From the NCBI GenBank assembly GCA_964576755.1, contig CAZNUV010000002.1, forward strand, positions 9,052 to 73,051: a stretch of 64,000 bases of DNA, written 5' to 3'. The notes beneath the pieces are model-generated. The model was not told where the DNA came from. It made no database searches and was given only the letters and a program-made list of their open reading frames with translations. The DNA is from Candidatus Woesearchaeota archaeon (GTDB lineage Archaea; Nanobdellota; Nanobdellia; Pacearchaeales; GW2011-AR1). The translations under genes were made by a program, and so were the position numbers. Within the stretch, counting starts at the first letter, position 1; the number at the start of each line of letters is the position of its first letter. Positions 35,217 to 44,868 of this stretch are shown here, one piece after another.

Positions 35217-35612
35217 ATGGAAGTGTATGAAAATTTACTTGATTCTGCATATGAAAAAGTTAAACCTTTAAAGGCCTGTGATAGATTTGAAATCAAAAAG
35301 GTTGAGGGCCATATAGAAGGTAAAAAGACAATTATATCTAATTTTATGCAAATTGTAACTTGTTTAAGGAGAGATCCAGACCAATTTGCAAAATTTATAT
35401 TTAAAGAACTTGCAACTTCTGGAGAGATTGCAGGAGATAGGTTAATACTAACTAGGAAAGTTTCATCAGAAAGTATAAATGAGAAGATTCAAAAATATAT
35501 AAATACCTATGTATCATGCTCTTATTGTAAAAAACCAGACACAGAAATCGTTGAACAAGATGGAAAAAGATCCATACACTGTTTGGCTTGCGGACATAAG
35601 AAAAATATCTAA
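35217..35612 (+). CDS. Translation initiation factor aIF2 beta subunit
   Basis: 131 aa. C-terminal zinc ribbon CSYCKKPDTEIVEQDGKRSIHCLACG. Confidence 0.9.
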   Translation: MEVYENLLDSAYEKVKPLKACDRFEIKKVEGHIEGKKTIISNFMQIVTCLRRDPDQFAKFIFKELATSGEIAGDRLILTRKVSSESINEKIQKYINTYVSCSYCKKPDTEIVEQDGKRSIHCLACGHKKNI

Positions 35613-35644
35613 ATGACAAAAAACAAAAAAGGAGGTAAACAAAA

Positions 35645-35794
35645 ATGACTGAAGGATATTGTGTAAAGTGTAAGAAAAAGGTTGAGATGAAGGATCCTGT
35701 TGAATCTACTACAAAGAAAGGTACAAAAATAGCAAAAGGAAAGTGCCCTGATTGCGGAACAACTGTATGTAGAATGGGCGGAATTCAGAAATAA
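35645..35794 (+). CDS. Small zinc-ribbon protein (49 aa; DUF5679-like pattern)
   Basis: MTEGYCVKCKKKVEMKDPVESTTKKGTKIAKGKCPDCGTTVCRMGGIQK. GGAGGT lies 8 nt upstream. Below the ORF-track cutoff. Confidence 0.6.
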   Translation: MTEGYCVKCKKKVEMKDPVESTTKKGTKIAKGKCPDCGTTVCRMGGIQK

Positions 35795-35853
35795 AAAACC
35801 CCTTATTTTTATTTTTTTTATTTAAATTAAATTTAGTAATTTTAAAATTTGAA

Positions 35854-36156
35854 ATGTTAGTTAAAATTCATAATGCTTATCGGCAGACTGTTGCTATCTG
35901 TGATTCTGATTTAATTGGAAAGAAATTTTCCTCACAAGATGGTATGTCTAAATTAGACTTAACTGGAGGGTTTTTTCAAGGTGAGGAAACGCCAGAAGAA
36001 AGGGTATTAGAAATAATCCAAGATGCTATGAGGGAAGATGCTACTTTTAATCTTGTTGGAAAAAAAGTATGTGATACTGCAAAAAAAGCAGGATTAATTA
36101 AAAATTCTGGAATTAAGACAATTGAAGGAGTGCCCTTTGCTCTAGTTTTGTTGTAG
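35854..36156 (+). CDS. DUF424-like archaeal protein
   Basis: 100 aa. MLVKIHNAYRQTVAICDSDLIGKKF resembles the DUF424 N-terminus, as recalled from memory. Confidence 0.45.
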   Translation: MLVKIHNAYRQTVAICDSDLIGKKFSSQDGMSKLDLTGGFFQGEETPEERVLEIIQDAMREDATFNLVGKKVCDTAKKAGLIKNSGIKTIEGVPFALVLL

Positions 36157-36194
36157 CTTTTTTATAAAAATTTGTTAATTTTATTTTAGTCAAG

Positions 36195-36202
36195 CTTATA
36201 AA
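36195..36202 (+). promoter_or_regulatory. TATA-box-like element for aIF1A
   Basis: CTTATAAA ends 21 nt before ATG 36224. Confidence 0.4.
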
Positions 36203-36223
36203 TACTATTTTTGTATATAGAAT

Positions 36224-36580
36224 ATGCCTTTTTATAAAAATAAAGCAAAGAAGAATAAGCAGAAAACTTTTGGAACTGCTGAAGGTCAAGAAGGACCAAT
36301 TAGAGTAAAAATGCCAAGAGGAAGAGAAGTGATTGGAATTATCACTCAGAGGGTTGGGGGAAGTAGAATGTTGGTTTCTTGTATGGATGGTAAGACCAGA
36401 AACTGTCGTGTTCCTGGTCGTAAGAGAAGAGAATTATGGTTAAGAGAGGGAGATGCAGTTATTATTGAATCATGGGAGTTTGATGATACTCGTGGAGATG
36501 TTCTGTATAAGTATTCAAAAGCAGCTGTTCAAAAATTGAAAAAAGATGGGCATTTAAAGACAAGTGAGTCAGAATTTTAA
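36224..36580 (+). CDS. Translation initiation factor aIF1A
   Basis: 118 aa. S1-like OB fold VIGIITQRVGGSRMLVSCMDGKTRNCRVPGRKRRELWLREGD. Confidence 0.9.
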   Translation: MPFYKNKAKKNKQKTFGTAEGQEGPIRVKMPRGREVIGIITQRVGGSRMLVSCMDGKTRNCRVPGRKRRELWLREGDAVIIESWEFDDTRGDVLYKYSKAAVQKLKKDGHLKTSESEF

Positions 36581-36888
36581 AAAAAGTCTCTGTTTTTTTG
36601 ATGGAGTTTATAGTAAGTTACATTCACCCTGTATATCCACTTTGCTAAAAGAGGTTTTTTTAAACTGTCAGGTTTATTAGGGTAATACATATTGTGAGTA
36701 TTACAAATAACAACCTCTGCTCCAGTTCTTTTTATTTCTCTACAGACATGTTCTTCTACTTTTTTAGTTGCCTTAGATAGTCTAATTCTTCTTTCTTCAA
36801 CATATTCACTTTTTATTTCCCATAAAAATTCTTCTAATCCTTTTGGTACATCTTCATTTCCAGTTATTATTATACATCCCTTTCTCAT
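36577..36888 (-). CDS. Hypothetical protein (103 aa)
   Basis: Convergent with aIF1A, with a 4-nt stop-stop overlap. No family recognised. Confidence 0.45.
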   Translation of the reverse strand: MRKGCIIITGNEDVPKGLEEFLWEIKSEYVEERRIRLSKATKKVEEHVCREIKRTGAEVVICNTHNMYYPNKPDSLKKPLLAKWIYRVNVTYYKLHQKNRDFF

Positions 36889-36980
36889 ATTTTTATGACA
36901 GTTTTTCTCTACTTAAACATTACTGTATTTAGACCTACAGTTTAAATTAAACTTATAAACTTGCTTTTCTTTTCAAAAAA

Positions 36981-37505
36981 ATGAAAACCTTAGTTATAGC
37001 AAATTCAAGAAGAATAAGAAAAGCCATCCCAATAATAGAATCTAAAATTAAAATAAAAATTAATTATAACCTTAGAAGGGTTTCTATTACTGGAAAAGAA
37101 CTAAATGAATTTTTAGCAGAACAAATGCTTATTGCAGTAGATTTCGGATTTAATGTAGAAGATGCTTTACTTTTAAAAAATGAGAATTTTGTTTTAGAAT
37201 TTGTAAATATTAAGGATTATGCTCGTAGGAAAAACCTAGAAGAAATTAGGGGCAGAGTAATTGGAAGACAAGGAAAAGCAAAAATGACTATTGAGGAGTT
37301 GAGTGGTGGTGTTTTAGCTATAAATAATAATCAAATTGGGGTGATTGTTGATTCAGAGCACCTTGATGCAGTTATCCAGGGATTAATCTCTTTAATTAAG
37401 GGTGCAAAACACTCTAATGTTTTTTCTTATCTTGAAAAACAAAATGCTAATTTAAGAGAACTTGATGAAGATGATTTAGGGTTAAAGTTGGAAAAAAAGG
37501 ATTAA
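36981..37505 (+). CDS. KH-domain RNA-binding protein (aDim2/Pno1-like)
   Basis: 174 aa. GRVIGRQGKAKMTIEELSG and LIKGAKHSNVFSYLE. CTTATAAA ends 21 nt before the ATG. Confidence 0.65.
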   Translation: MKTLVIANSRRIRKAIPIIESKIKIKINYNLRRVSITGKELNEFLAEQMLIAVDFGFNVEDALLLKNENFVLEFVNIKDYARRKNLEEIRGRVIGRQGKAKMTIEELSGGVLAINNNQIGVIVDSEHLDAVIQGLISLIKGAKHSNVFSYLEKQNANLRELDEDDLGLKLEKKD

Positions 37506-37545
37506 AAGACAAAGTTTTATAAATAATCTGTTAATGAATTTAATT

Positions 37546-37695
37546 ATGGAAGATCAATACTCTTTATTTGATGAGGAATCTATCAATGAGATGTTAAGTT
37601 GGGAGGTAGTTCTTAGAAATTCTTGGCCTAGAATACCTCAGTATTTCATAGATGAAGCGACTAGAGATTTTGGCAGAGAACTTAGAAATAAATAA
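37546..37695 (+). CDS. Small ORF (49 aa), hypothetical
   Basis: MEDQYSLFDEESINEMLSWEVVLRNSWPRIPQYFIDEATRDFGRELRNK. An in-frame ATG also lies at 37534. No support beyond the open frame. Confidence 0.2.
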   Translation: MEDQYSLFDEESINEMLSWEVVLRNSWPRIPQYFIDEATRDFGRELRNK

Positions 37696-37767
37696 TCTCC
37701 ATTTTAATTTATGGAAAAATCTCAATAGAAGTAATGTTTAAATAAGATAAATTTTTCTTGATAGTAT

Positions 37768-37840
37768 GCCCGGATAGCTCAGTAGGTAGAGCATACGGCT
37801 GTTAACCGTAGTGTCGGAGGTTCGAGTCCTCCTCTGGGCG
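37768..37840 (+). tRNA. tRNA-Asn (anticodon GUU)
   Basis: 73-nt cloverleaf: acceptor GCCCGGA/TCTGGGC, anticodon loop CTGTTAA, T-arm GGAGG-TTCGAGT-CCTCC. No encoded CCA and no intron. Confidence 0.9.
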
Positions 37841-37862
37841 TTTAGTTCAAAAGGAAAATAAA

Positions 37863-38663
37863 ATGAAACTGAAAAATTTAGTGCTTCCAGGTTTAATCAC
37901 AATAGGAAGTTTGTTTTTAGAATTATATTCTAAACAGGATTATACAAAATATCAATCATTTGAACCAATCCCTATAGAAAGTATTGTTCTAGGAGATTTT
38001 AGATTAAATAGAGAGGAATTTTTCCAGATTGCCCCAATTCTTTATAATACGTTTTCAGGACACAGAACAGAAAGAGATAGAAGGCCAGAATTTCCAAGAT
38101 TGAGAAATGGCCTGACAAATATGATTGAAAGAAGTTTTAATCTGAATTTTGGCTCAGAAACTAATTTTCCTTCAAGGCCTAGAAGAAATTGGGGTTGGAG
38201 CAGATTTAGTAGAAGAGGAAGAATAAGAGGAACTAGAGATGAAGAGAAGAGAAATATAACAAGATTAATTGAAATATCTAATAATGAGTATGTAGAACCG
38301 AGTACAAATCTAATAAGAGAAATTGGAGGAATAACAAATGTTTATCATACTGCTTATTCAAACATTATTGCAAGAGTTGTAAAAGGAGAGGAAATTTTTG
38401 AAACTCTTGTTCCATTAGGCGAGGGGGTTGATTATGTTATTGCAGGAAATGTTTTGTATAGTTTAATTGAAAATACTGCTACAAATTCTGGAAATGGGCT
38501 GAAAGGTAAAGCTATAATCAAGAATGCAGAAGGTAGTGATTTCAAAGATTTAAAAGAGATAACTATTTATCGTCCAGGAGAAGGGAATAGATATATTTCT
38601 AATGGAGAGATTACTAATATCCCCCCTGGTCAAAAATATGAAAGAAAAGACCCAATAAATTAA
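37863..38663 (+). CDS. Hypothetical membrane-anchored protein with an Arg-rich segment
   Basis: 266 aa. N-terminal TM and RPRRNWGWSRFSRRGRIRGTRDEEKRN. No family recognised. Confidence 0.45.
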   Translation: MKLKNLVLPGLITIGSLFLELYSKQDYTKYQSFEPIPIESIVLGDFRLNREEFFQIAPILYNTFSGHRTERDRRPEFPRLRNGLTNMIERSFNLNFGSETNFPSRPRRNWGWSRFSRRGRIRGTRDEEKRNITRLIEISNNEYVEPSTNLIREIGGITNVYHTAYSNIIARVVKGEEIFETLVPLGEGVDYVIAGNVLYSLIENTATNSGNGLKGKAIIKNAEGSDFKDLKEITIYRPGEGNRYISNGEITNIPPGQKYERKDPIN

Positions 38664-38982
38664 AATGGAACATATTGAAACTATTATTTTAAACGGAATT
38701 TCCCAAACAGATTATTATAATTTGTTAGATTATATTAATTCTAATAAGGAATATCTTGAAATAAAAAATTCAGATGAAATGAAATCATATCATAGTTGTT
38801 GTGGACATTCTTTTTAAAACATAATAATTGCCCCAATAATAATTCCAGATAATGAACAAAAAGAAAAACAACTAAAAGCATTTCATGGTTTATTAGATCT
38901 AATCTTTGAATTTGAATTAATCGTATGATAGTTGTTCTATTAGTTGAAAAACATTTTTATACTCCTTTTTCTTATAAAATAT

Positions 38983-39549
38983 ATGAAAATAGAAGATGCA
39001 ATTAAAGAGAGAAAAAGTTCTAGAAAATATCATCATAAAAAACCAGATTGGAGAAAAATTATTAAAGCAATTGATGCAGCACGTTATGCTCCAATGGCTG
39101 GGAACATATTTAGTTTAAAATTTATTTTAGTTCAAGATGAAAAAAGAATAGAACAAATCGGAAAAGCTTGTCAACAAGATTTTGTTAGAAATGCACAGGC
39201 AATAGTGGTGGCTGTTTCTAATGATGCAAAAGTTGAAAAATCTTATGATAAATTTGGGAAAAAATTTGCACGACAACAGGCAGGAGCTGCGATTGAGAAC
39301 TTTTTACTTGAGATAGTTTCTCAGGGGCTTGCAACATGTTGGGTTGGTTATTTTGTAGAAGATCAGATTAAAAGAGCCTGTGACATCCCAGATGACTTTA
39401 CAGTAGAGGCAGTTTTTCCTGTAGGAATTCCTTCAAAAATAAGAGAAACAAGGAAACCAAAACCAGAATTAGATAATATAATTTATTTTGATAAGTTTAA
39501 GAATAAGTACATGGAAGGTATTCCTAGGGTAGGCCATAGGGGTGCTTAA
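38983..39549 (+). CDS. Nitroreductase-family flavoprotein
   Basis: MKIEDAIKERKSSRKY start. TTTTTATA ends 21 nt before ATG 38983 (the ORF track uses TTG 38944). Confidence 0.7.
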   Translation: MKIEDAIKERKSSRKYHHKKPDWRKIIKAIDAARYAPMAGNIFSLKFILVQDEKRIEQIGKACQQDFVRNAQAIVVAVSNDAKVEKSYDKFGKKFARQQAGAAIENFLLEIVSQGLATCWVGYFVEDQIKRACDIPDDFTVEAVFPVGIPSKIRETRKPKPELDNIIYFDKFKNKYMEGIPRVGHRGA

Positions 39550-39557
39550 TATTTTGT

Positions 39558-40049
39558 TTATAAAAGATTTTCTAACATAAAATTAACTTCTTTTAGTGTT
39601 TTAGACCTTGTTTTTATATGCTCTTCTAGATGAAATGTTCTATAGGTCTCTTCCATTTTGGTATTTGTAGTTTTATCATTAATGTAATCTAAGATATGTT
39701 TTATTTCTGGAGCGATATTTAAGTCATGTCTTTTAACAGCATCTACATTTAAAAATTCCAATAAATTTTCTATTGTCCCATAAATATTAACCCCATAACA
39801 CTTTGGGAGATCTGAATCTGAGATTGCCAATCCTTTTTGAGGGGCTGTTTCTTCAGAATCATTAGGAGGGAATAATTGTAAACCCTGATATCTAGTCACA
39901 AGGTATCTTGGAAACAAAGTTTGAAATGCTTCCTTAGGGCTGACTTGAAGATAAGCAATAATCTCTGGATTATCTCTTTCAGATCTAGACCGAAATCCTT
40001 TAGATTCATAATAACTAGCAAGTTCTATTTTTGCACATCCAAAAATCAT
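39558..40049 (-). CDS. Hypothetical protein (163 aa)
   Basis: Clean ORF with a TATA-like TTTTTATAAAG about 20 nt upstream. No family recognised. Confidence 0.45.
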   Translation of the reverse strand: MIFGCAKIELASYYESKGFRSRSERDNPEIIAYLQVSPKEAFQTLFPRYLVTRYQGLQLFPPNDSEETAPQKGLAISDSDLPKCYGVNIYGTIENLLEFLNVDAVKRHDLNIAPEIKHILDYINDKTTNTKMEETYRTFHLEEHIKTRSKTLKEVNFMLENLL

Positions 40050-40090
40050 CTACTGTAAATGTAATCTTACTTTATAAAAATTATTATAAT

Positions 40091-40145
40091 AAACACAAAA
40101 AGAAAAAGAAAAAAAGAAAGAAAAAAATAAAAAACCCTTAAAGGG
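40091..40145 (-). terminator. T-rich tract (minus strand) with a short CCC/GGG hairpin downstream of ftsZ
   Basis: The plus strand reads AAACACAAAAAGAAAAAGAAAAAAAGAAAGAAAAAAATAAAAAACCCTTAAAGGG. On the ftsZ strand this gives long oligo-T runs, the usual archaeal termination signal. Confidence 0.4.
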
Positions 40146-40154
40146 AAATTAAGA

Positions 40155-41228
40155 CTAACTTAAGTCTTCTATGCCGAGTTCATTGATTTGAACAGTTCGT
40201 TCTTCGAATCCACTTCGTTTTCCTAGTATGTAAGGTGATTTAACACCAGTCATAATTGTTATGACTCTTATACGCCCTTGGAATTCTTTGTTGATTCTTG
40301 CACCAATGATTACTTGAGCTTCTGGCGATAAGTGTTCTGTTACTAGTCTTCCAATGTTGTCAAATTCTTCTAACTTCATATCTGGACCACAAGTTACATG
40401 TATTAATGCTCCTGTAGCTCCACGATAATCTACATCTAGAAGAGGGTGTGTTAATGCTTGTTGAACTGCAGTATCTACTCTTGAAGTAGAATTGTCTTCA
40501 CCAATACCAATAACAGCTACATCTCCGTTTCTCATTATAGAAGAAACATCTGCATAATCTAAGTTGATTAAACTTGGTAGAGTTATTGTTTCTACAATAC
40601 CTTTTATCATTGTAGATACAAGTTCATTTGCAACTGCAAATGCTTGCTCCATTGGTAACTGTCCTGCAATATCTACTAATCTATTGTTATCTAGAACAAT
40701 TGCTGTATCAACAACTTCTCTTAACTCTTGTAGACCAAATTCTGCCTTATCTATTCTCGCTTTCTCAGCTTCGAATGGCATTGTAACTACTGCAATAACT
40801 ACTGCACCTGCTTCTTTAGCAAGTTGTGCAACAACTGGAACTGCGCCTGTACCTGTACCTCCGCCCATACCCGCTAGAACAAAAACCATATCTGAACCCG
40901 AAACAGCTTTTTTCAAGTCAGTAAGAGCTTCTTTTGCAGCTTCTCTTCCTTTTGCAGGATAACCACCACAACCAAGACCACGTGTTAATTCTTTTCCGAT
41001 AAGAACTTTTTCATCAGTCTTTGTTATTGACAAATGTAGTGCATCTGTATTAATACCATAGATTGAAGCACCATTGATTCCTTTGTTGAAAAGCCATGTT
41101 GCCATATTACATCCACAACCACCAACACCGAAAACTTTGATGTTTGCTTTTCCAGCCTTTAATTCGTCAAAGTTGATACTATTCTTCTCGACATTGTCTA
41201 TCGCTTCTTTTGCAAAATCTAAAACCAT
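40155..41228 (-). CDS. ftsZ: Cell division protein FtsZ
   Basis: 357 aa. Tubulin signature GGGTGTGAVPVVAQ. GGAGGT lies 9 nt upstream of the ATG. Confidence 0.95.
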   Translation of the reverse strand: MVLDFAKEAIDNVEKNSINFDELKAGKANIKVFGVGGCGCNMATWLFNKGINGASIYGINTDALHLSITKTDEKVLIGKELTRGLGCGGYPAKGREAAKEALTDLKKAVSGSDMVFVLAGMGGGTGTGAVPVVAQLAKEAGAVVIAVVTMPFEAEKARIDKAEFGLQELREVVDTAIVLDNNRLVDIAGQLPMEQAFAVANELVSTMIKGIVETITLPSLINLDYADVSSIMRNGDVAVIGIGEDNSTSRVDTAVQQALTHPLLDVDYRGATGALIHVTCGPDMKLEEFDNIGRLVTEHLSPEAQVIIGARINKEFQGRIRVITIMTGVKSPYILGKRSGFEERTVQINELGIEDLS

Positions 41229-41329
41229 TTATTTGAGACCTCCTTTTTAGTAATTTAGGATAGAATTTTAATGACGAGAATCTTTAAAAATATTCTTATG
41301 TTGTAGTGAATAGGATTTTTGTTTTATTT

Positions 41330-42676
41330 TTAGAGTTTTTCAAATTTTTTACCTATTTCAAACAGAATATCTTCTGAAAATTTTGGAGCAAAAACTTGTA
41401 ATCCAAGATTTTTCCCTTGAATTTTTCCAGCAGGAATAGAAATACCACAAATTTCTGCGAGATTTGCAGGGATTGTTAAAACATCATAAGCATACATGTC
41501 TTTTACATTTATCTTTTCATTAATCTTATGTGCTAATCTTGGAACTGTTGGTAAAATTAAAATATCAACTTCCTTGAAAAGAGAATCAAATTGTTCTTTT
41601 ACATATTGTTTTGCTTTTAATGCGTTTCTATAATATTTTCCATGGTATTCTGCCTTGCTTATTTCACTACCTCCGAGAATCCTTCTTAAAACTTCAGGGC
41701 CTGCTTTGTCTTCTATTTTAAATCCAAATCTTCGGCCATCAAATTTTCTTGTAGCAGAAAAGAATTCTGTATAAACTAAAACATAATAGGTTTCAATTGC
41801 TATTTCTAGAGGTAAATTTACTTTTTTTATTCTGAATTTATATTTTTTTGCAAGTTGTTCTGTTTTTTTCTGAATAAGGGTAGAGATTTTTGCATCGCAA
41901 AAATCTTGTACATCTACTAATCCAATTGTAAGAGTTTTTTTATTTTTATTAGTGGTCTTATTTATACTTGTTGAAACTGGATCAAAATTATCTTGTCCTT
42001 TAATTATATTAAAGATGAGTTCAGAATCTTCTGTTGTTTTTGTTAAAGGTCCAATTTGATCTAAAGACATGGATAAATCAATTAAACCATATCTTGAAAC
42101 AGAACCATAGGTTGGTTTTAATCCTATAACACCGCAATGTGAAGCTGGATTTCTAATTGAACCGCCAGTATCAGAACCAAGGGCAAAATCACAAAAATCA
42201 GCTGCAACACTTGCTGCACTTCCAGAGCTTGAACCTCCTGGAATTAATTGAGTATTTGTTGGATTTTTTGTAGGTCCAAAAGCAGAAGTTTCTCCAGATG
42301 CACCACAAGCAAATTCATCCATATTAACCATTCCAAGAATTATTGCATCTTCTGAAAGTAATTTATCAATAACAGTTGCATTATATCCTGAAACATAATT
42401 TTCAAGAACTTTTGAACCACAAGTTGTAACAAGACCTTTTACAGAAATACAAGATTTAACAGCAAAACAAAGTCCTGCAAGTTTTCCGGTTTTTTTACCT
42501 GTTTTTATTCTTAAATCCAAGGCTTTTGCTTGTTCTATTGCTTGCTCATTTTTTATTAAAAATATGTTTAAGTCTGGATTAAGCTTTTGAATTTTCTCTC
42601 CAAAATTCATAACATTTTCAACTGCTTTTAGTTTTCCTGCCTTGATTGCTCTGACTTTTTGTTTAAGTGTTTCCAT
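41330..42676 (-). CDS. gatA: Asp/Glu-tRNA amidotransferase subunit A
   Basis: 448 aa. Amidase signature GGSSSGSAASVAA and GSDTGGSIRNPA. Confidence 0.9.
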   Translation of the reverse strand: METLKQKVRAIKAGKLKAVENVMNFGEKIQKLNPDLNIFLIKNEQAIEQAKALDLRIKTGKKTGKLAGLCFAVKSCISVKGLVTTCGSKVLENYVSGYNATVIDKLLSEDAIILGMVNMDEFACGASGETSAFGPTKNPTNTQLIPGGSSSGSAASVAADFCDFALGSDTGGSIRNPASHCGVIGLKPTYGSVSRYGLIDLSMSLDQIGPLTKTTEDSELIFNIIKGQDNFDPVSTSINKTTNKNKKTLTIGLVDVQDFCDAKISTLIQKKTEQLAKKYKFRIKKVNLPLEIAIETYYVLVYTEFFSATRKFDGRRFGFKIEDKAGPEVLRRILGGSEISKAEYHGKYYRNALKAKQYVKEQFDSLFKEVDILILPTVPRLAHKINEKINVKDMYAYDVLTIPANLAEICGISIPAGKIQGKNLGLQVFAPKFSEDILFEIGKKFEKL

Positions 42677-42683
42677 ATAAATT

Positions 42684-42971
42684 TTATTTCCATCCTGCCT
42701 TTTCAGCGACTATTGAATCATCCTCGACAAAAGGGGCATTTGCAAGAAGTATATCTCTAAATTCAGGTTCTGTTTTCCATGGTTCACCTTCTTCCCTAGT
42801 TCCAGAGCTAGATTCAGTAGAAGAAAAATGTTCATTATCTTTGATTTTTATTTTTTCTAATTTTCCTCCAAAATCCTGCATAATCTTTTCAGCTTGTTTT
42901 TGAATATCTTGTTTTTCTTTTTCAGTAACTTGATGCCAAGTAAACTCATTTTTATTAGTATTTTCTGCCAT
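42684..42971 (-). CDS. gatC: Probable amidotransferase subunit C
   Basis: 95 aa, immediately upstream of gatA. The C-terminal TREEGEP...FRDILLANAPFVEDDSIVAEK follows the GatC R-x-D...NAP...VP pattern. The N-terminus is divergent. Confidence 0.55.
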   Translation of the reverse strand: MAENTNKNEFTWHQVTEKEKQDIQKQAEKIMQDFGGKLEKIKIKDNEHFSSTESSSGTREEGEPWKTEPEFRDILLANAPFVEDDSIVAEKAGWK

Positions 42972-43083
42972 AATTAACAGAGTTGTTAAGAATTTATAAA
43001 CTTTTGTTGGATTTTTTCTCTGATTTTTATATCTTATTAAGTGTAATTAATTTTAAATATACTTTTATCTTTAGTTTGTTAAG

Positions 43084-43509
43084 ATGGCCTTTTGGAATAA
43101 GAAAAATAAAGAAAAACCTAAGGAAGAAGAAAAACCTGTGGAAAAACCTAAGGAAGAAAAAACCCCTCCTACACAAAAGATACAGAATTCTAATGGAAAA
43201 CTCTTACCTCTTGATGAGAAATATAATATTCGTGTGAAGGTATGGGACAGATATATTGAGAGGTTTCCCCAGTGCCCTTTATTAAAATACCGTATCCTTA
43301 CTGAAAATGGGATACCTACAAATCATTATCAATTAGGAGAAATTGAAGAAGTACTTCCGCTGTGTTGTGGTGATTCTGGTTCTTGGTGTGAATATTTAGA
43401 AAAACTTGAAGATAATTCTATTTTAGAAAATAAAAACACAACCCCCCTAAGACCCTTATCAACAAGGGCAAAATGCAATTTTAAAGATTTGAGTAAAAAG
43501 ACAGAATGA
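43084..43509 (+). CDS. Hypothetical protein with a Lys/Glu/Pro-rich N-terminus
   Basis: 141 aa. EKPKEEEKPVEKPKEEKTP internal repeat, then a Cys-containing domain. Confidence 0.45.
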   Translation: MAFWNKKNKEKPKEEEKPVEKPKEEKTPPTQKIQNSNGKLLPLDEKYNIRVKVWDRYIERFPQCPLLKYRILTENGIPTNHYQLGEIEEVLPLCCGDSGSWCEYLEKLEDNSILENKNTTPLRPLSTRAKCNFKDLSKKTE

Positions 43510-43513
43510 ATAA

Positions 43514-44809
43514 TTAAGGACTTAATCTTTCTCTATCTCTTGGGAAAAGAACTGCTTCTCTGATATTATTTAAACCAAGCATAACCATTGTAAGTCTTTC
43601 AACACCCATTCCCCACCCAGCGTGAGGAGGAGCACCGTATCTAAAACTGTCTATATAATCTTTGAAATCTTTAGGGTTTAGTTTTTTCGCTTTTAATCTT
43701 TTTTCTAATAATTCTGGAATATGAACTCTTTGACCACCAGAAGAAATCTCTATACCCTGATATATTGCATCAAATCCATTACTGAGTTCTGATTTTTCAT
43801 CTTCATCCTTAGGCATAATATAAAATGGTTTTCCTTTTAATGGCCAGTCATGGACAAATACTATTGTATCTGGATAGAGCTCTCCAAGTTTTTTTTCAGC
43901 ATCTCCAGATAAATCATCTTTCCCAGTATGGACTTTATTTTTTTTCATCTCTTCAGTAACTTCTGCAAAAGTCATATATTTTATTTTTGGGATAACGAGT
44001 TTAACTTCAAGAGATTTTAATTCATCTTTATTTGATTCATTTACTCTTTTTACAATATATTGTACACATCTTCCTAAAACGTCCATAACCGTTTTATCAT
44101 CTGAAAAACATTCTTCATAATCAAACTGTCTTGATTCATTTAAATGCCGCACTGTGTTATGTTTTTCAGCTCTCCATACTGTGAATGTTGCAAATACTTT
44201 TTCTATTGAACATGCTAGCATTTGTTTATACAATTGACAAGATTGTGATAAAAAAGCATTTTTTTCAAAGTATTTCAATGGAAACAATTCTGTTCCGCCT
44301 TCACTTGAAGCACTTATTACAGATGGAAAAATTGCCTCAAGTGCATTTTCTTTAATCATGAACTCTCTGAATCCTTGCAATATTGTTGCTTGAATTTTGA
44401 ATATTGCTTGGATTTTTTCTCTATGTAAATCTAAGAATCTGTAATCTAATCTCTTTGGTAATTCTGTTTTAGAGTAATCTGAAACATCTATTGGTAGTGG
44501 GTCTTCCGCTTTAGCAATAATTGTTATTTTGTTAGGAATTATCTCTTTTCCACCAGGAGCTTGTTTACTTGGCTTTATTTCCCCTTCTATTTCGATTGCA
44601 GATTCTCTATTAACCTTATTCATTAAATCGAAGAATTCATCAGGGGTTTTCCCCTTTATACCAGTTATTTGGATTCTTCCAGTTATATCCCTTAGAATAA
44701 TAAATCTAATTTTACTTAAGTCTCTTTTATCATAAACCCATCCCCTAACAAGTACTTTTCCAGCATCTTCAGATTTTTCTATAATTTCTTTTATATATGT
44801 TCTTTTCAT
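43514..44809 (-). CDS. aspS: Aspartyl-tRNA synthetase (archaeal type)
   Basis: 431 aa. OB-fold N-terminus, class II motif 3 GAPPHAGWGMGVERL. Confidence 0.9.
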   Translation of the reverse strand: MKRTYIKEIIEKSEDAGKVLVRGWVYDKRDLSKIRFIILRDITGRIQITGIKGKTPDEFFDLMNKVNRESAIEIEGEIKPSKQAPGGKEIIPNKITIIAKAEDPLPIDVSDYSKTELPKRLDYRFLDLHREKIQAIFKIQATILQGFREFMIKENALEAIFPSVISASSEGGTELFPLKYFEKNAFLSQSCQLYKQMLACSIEKVFATFTVWRAEKHNTVRHLNESRQFDYEECFSDDKTVMDVLGRCVQYIVKRVNESNKDELKSLEVKLVIPKIKYMTFAEVTEEMKKNKVHTGKDDLSGDAEKKLGELYPDTIVFVHDWPLKGKPFYIMPKDEDEKSELSNGFDAIYQGIEISSGGQRVHIPELLEKRLKAKKLNPKDFKDYIDSFRYGAPPHAGWGMGVERLTMVMLGLNNIREAVLFPRDRERLSP

Positions 44810-44868
44810 GTTTGTTGAAAGTTTTAAGGATTTATAAGGTTTTTTAGTTATTTAACTAGATAAGAGAT

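Noticed and set aside
38665-38940. A 50-codon ORF (38665-38817, MEHIETIILNG...SCCGHSF) and an overlapping antisense ~50-codon ORF in the 320-nt gap before the nitroreductase gene.
   Set aside because: The two mutually exclusive short frames have no family resemblance and no promoter at the standard spacing. The sequence alone cannot decide between them, so neither is annotated.
40091-40134. A purine-only tract (AAACACAAAAAGAAAAAGAAAAAAAGAAAGAAAAAAATAAAAAA) that could be taken for a microsatellite or array.
   Set aside because: It has no fixed repeat unit. On the ftsZ strand it is a series of oligo-T runs right after the stop codon, so it is best explained as a transcription terminator.
42983-43237. 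ORF 42983-43237 (84 aa, Lys/Arg-rich) overlapping the start of 43084-43509 in another frame.
   Set aside because: It begins inside the divergent promoter region and is a frame-shifted reading of the Lys/Glu/Pro repeat. The 141-aa frame has a correctly placed TATA and a structured C-terminal domain.
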